Source: Mustelus asterias (lineage: Eukaryota). Taken from it: a DNA stretch of 64,000 nt. Position 1 is the stretch's first letter. Every line of letters starts with the position of its first letter. The stretch is from positions 434,001-498,000 of the forward strand of contig NW_027590261.1 of assembly GCF_964213995.1 (NCBI RefSeq), in the 5' to 3' direction. Of the stretch, positions 63,471 through 64,000 are shown in pieces. Below the pieces are notes generated by a model. That model ran no database searches. It saw only the letters and a list, made by a program, of their open reading frames with translations, and was not told the origin of the DNA. Made by a program: the position numbers and the translations under genes.

Positions 63471-64000
63471 TGTTCAGTCAATGTTCTGAGGAACTGAGTT
63501 CAAATCCCGCCACGGCAGATGGTGGAACTTGAAATCAATAAAATCTATCTGGAATTAAGAATCTATTGATGACTATGAGATCATTGTTGATAGTTGTAAA
63601 AAATCTATCTCGTTTACCCATGTCTCTTTAGGGAACGAAATCTGCCGTTCTTACCTTGTTTGACCTACATGTGACTCCAGAGTCACAGCAATGTGGTTGA
63701 CTCTCAACTGCTCTCCACGGGCAACTAGAGATGGGCAACAAATGCTGGCCAGCCAGTAATGTGCAAGTCCCACGAATCAATAAAAAAAGCTATGTTTAGC
63801 CTGTCTGTCCTACATGTGACTCCAGTTCCACAGTGATGAAGCTGACCCTTACGTGCCTCTGAAATTGTCAAAACAGCCATTCAGGTGTTTCAAAGCTGCT
63901 GCAGAAAGTCAAACACAAATAAAACCGACCAAGGGCAATAATTTCAAAAAGGCAGTTCACAACCCCCTTCTCAGGATGGGCAATAAATGCTGACTTTGTC

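Overview
Vertebrate genomic DNA, almost certainly from a shark. It carries HE1/V-SINEs, HER1-like CR1 LINEs, a Rex1-like LINE and Penelope-type inverted repeats. The window is part of a T-cell receptor alpha/delta V array. It holds one intact conventional V (+, 23017-23560, 22-nt-spacer RSS) and five V pseudogenes or fragments, four of them inverted. It also holds a complete NAR-TCR cassette: leader + IgNAR-like V (38145-38619), J (39014-39066) and a leaderless supporting Vdelta (43449-43754), with complementary extra cysteines. Unusual points: the NAR V carries a 28-nt D-like extension and a 12-spacer RSS facing a 23-spacer J with no free D, which looks like a germline-joined V-D. The supporting Vdelta has a tandemly duplicated 23-RSS. 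The first 18 kb contain a decaying tRNA cluster, including two tRNA-Pro copies with insertions at the canonical 37/38 intron position. The 45-57 kb region is a local duplication that keeps lymphoid-type transcription-factor motifs and an orphan leader-like intron. No database searches were run; family names come from recognising motifs by eye.
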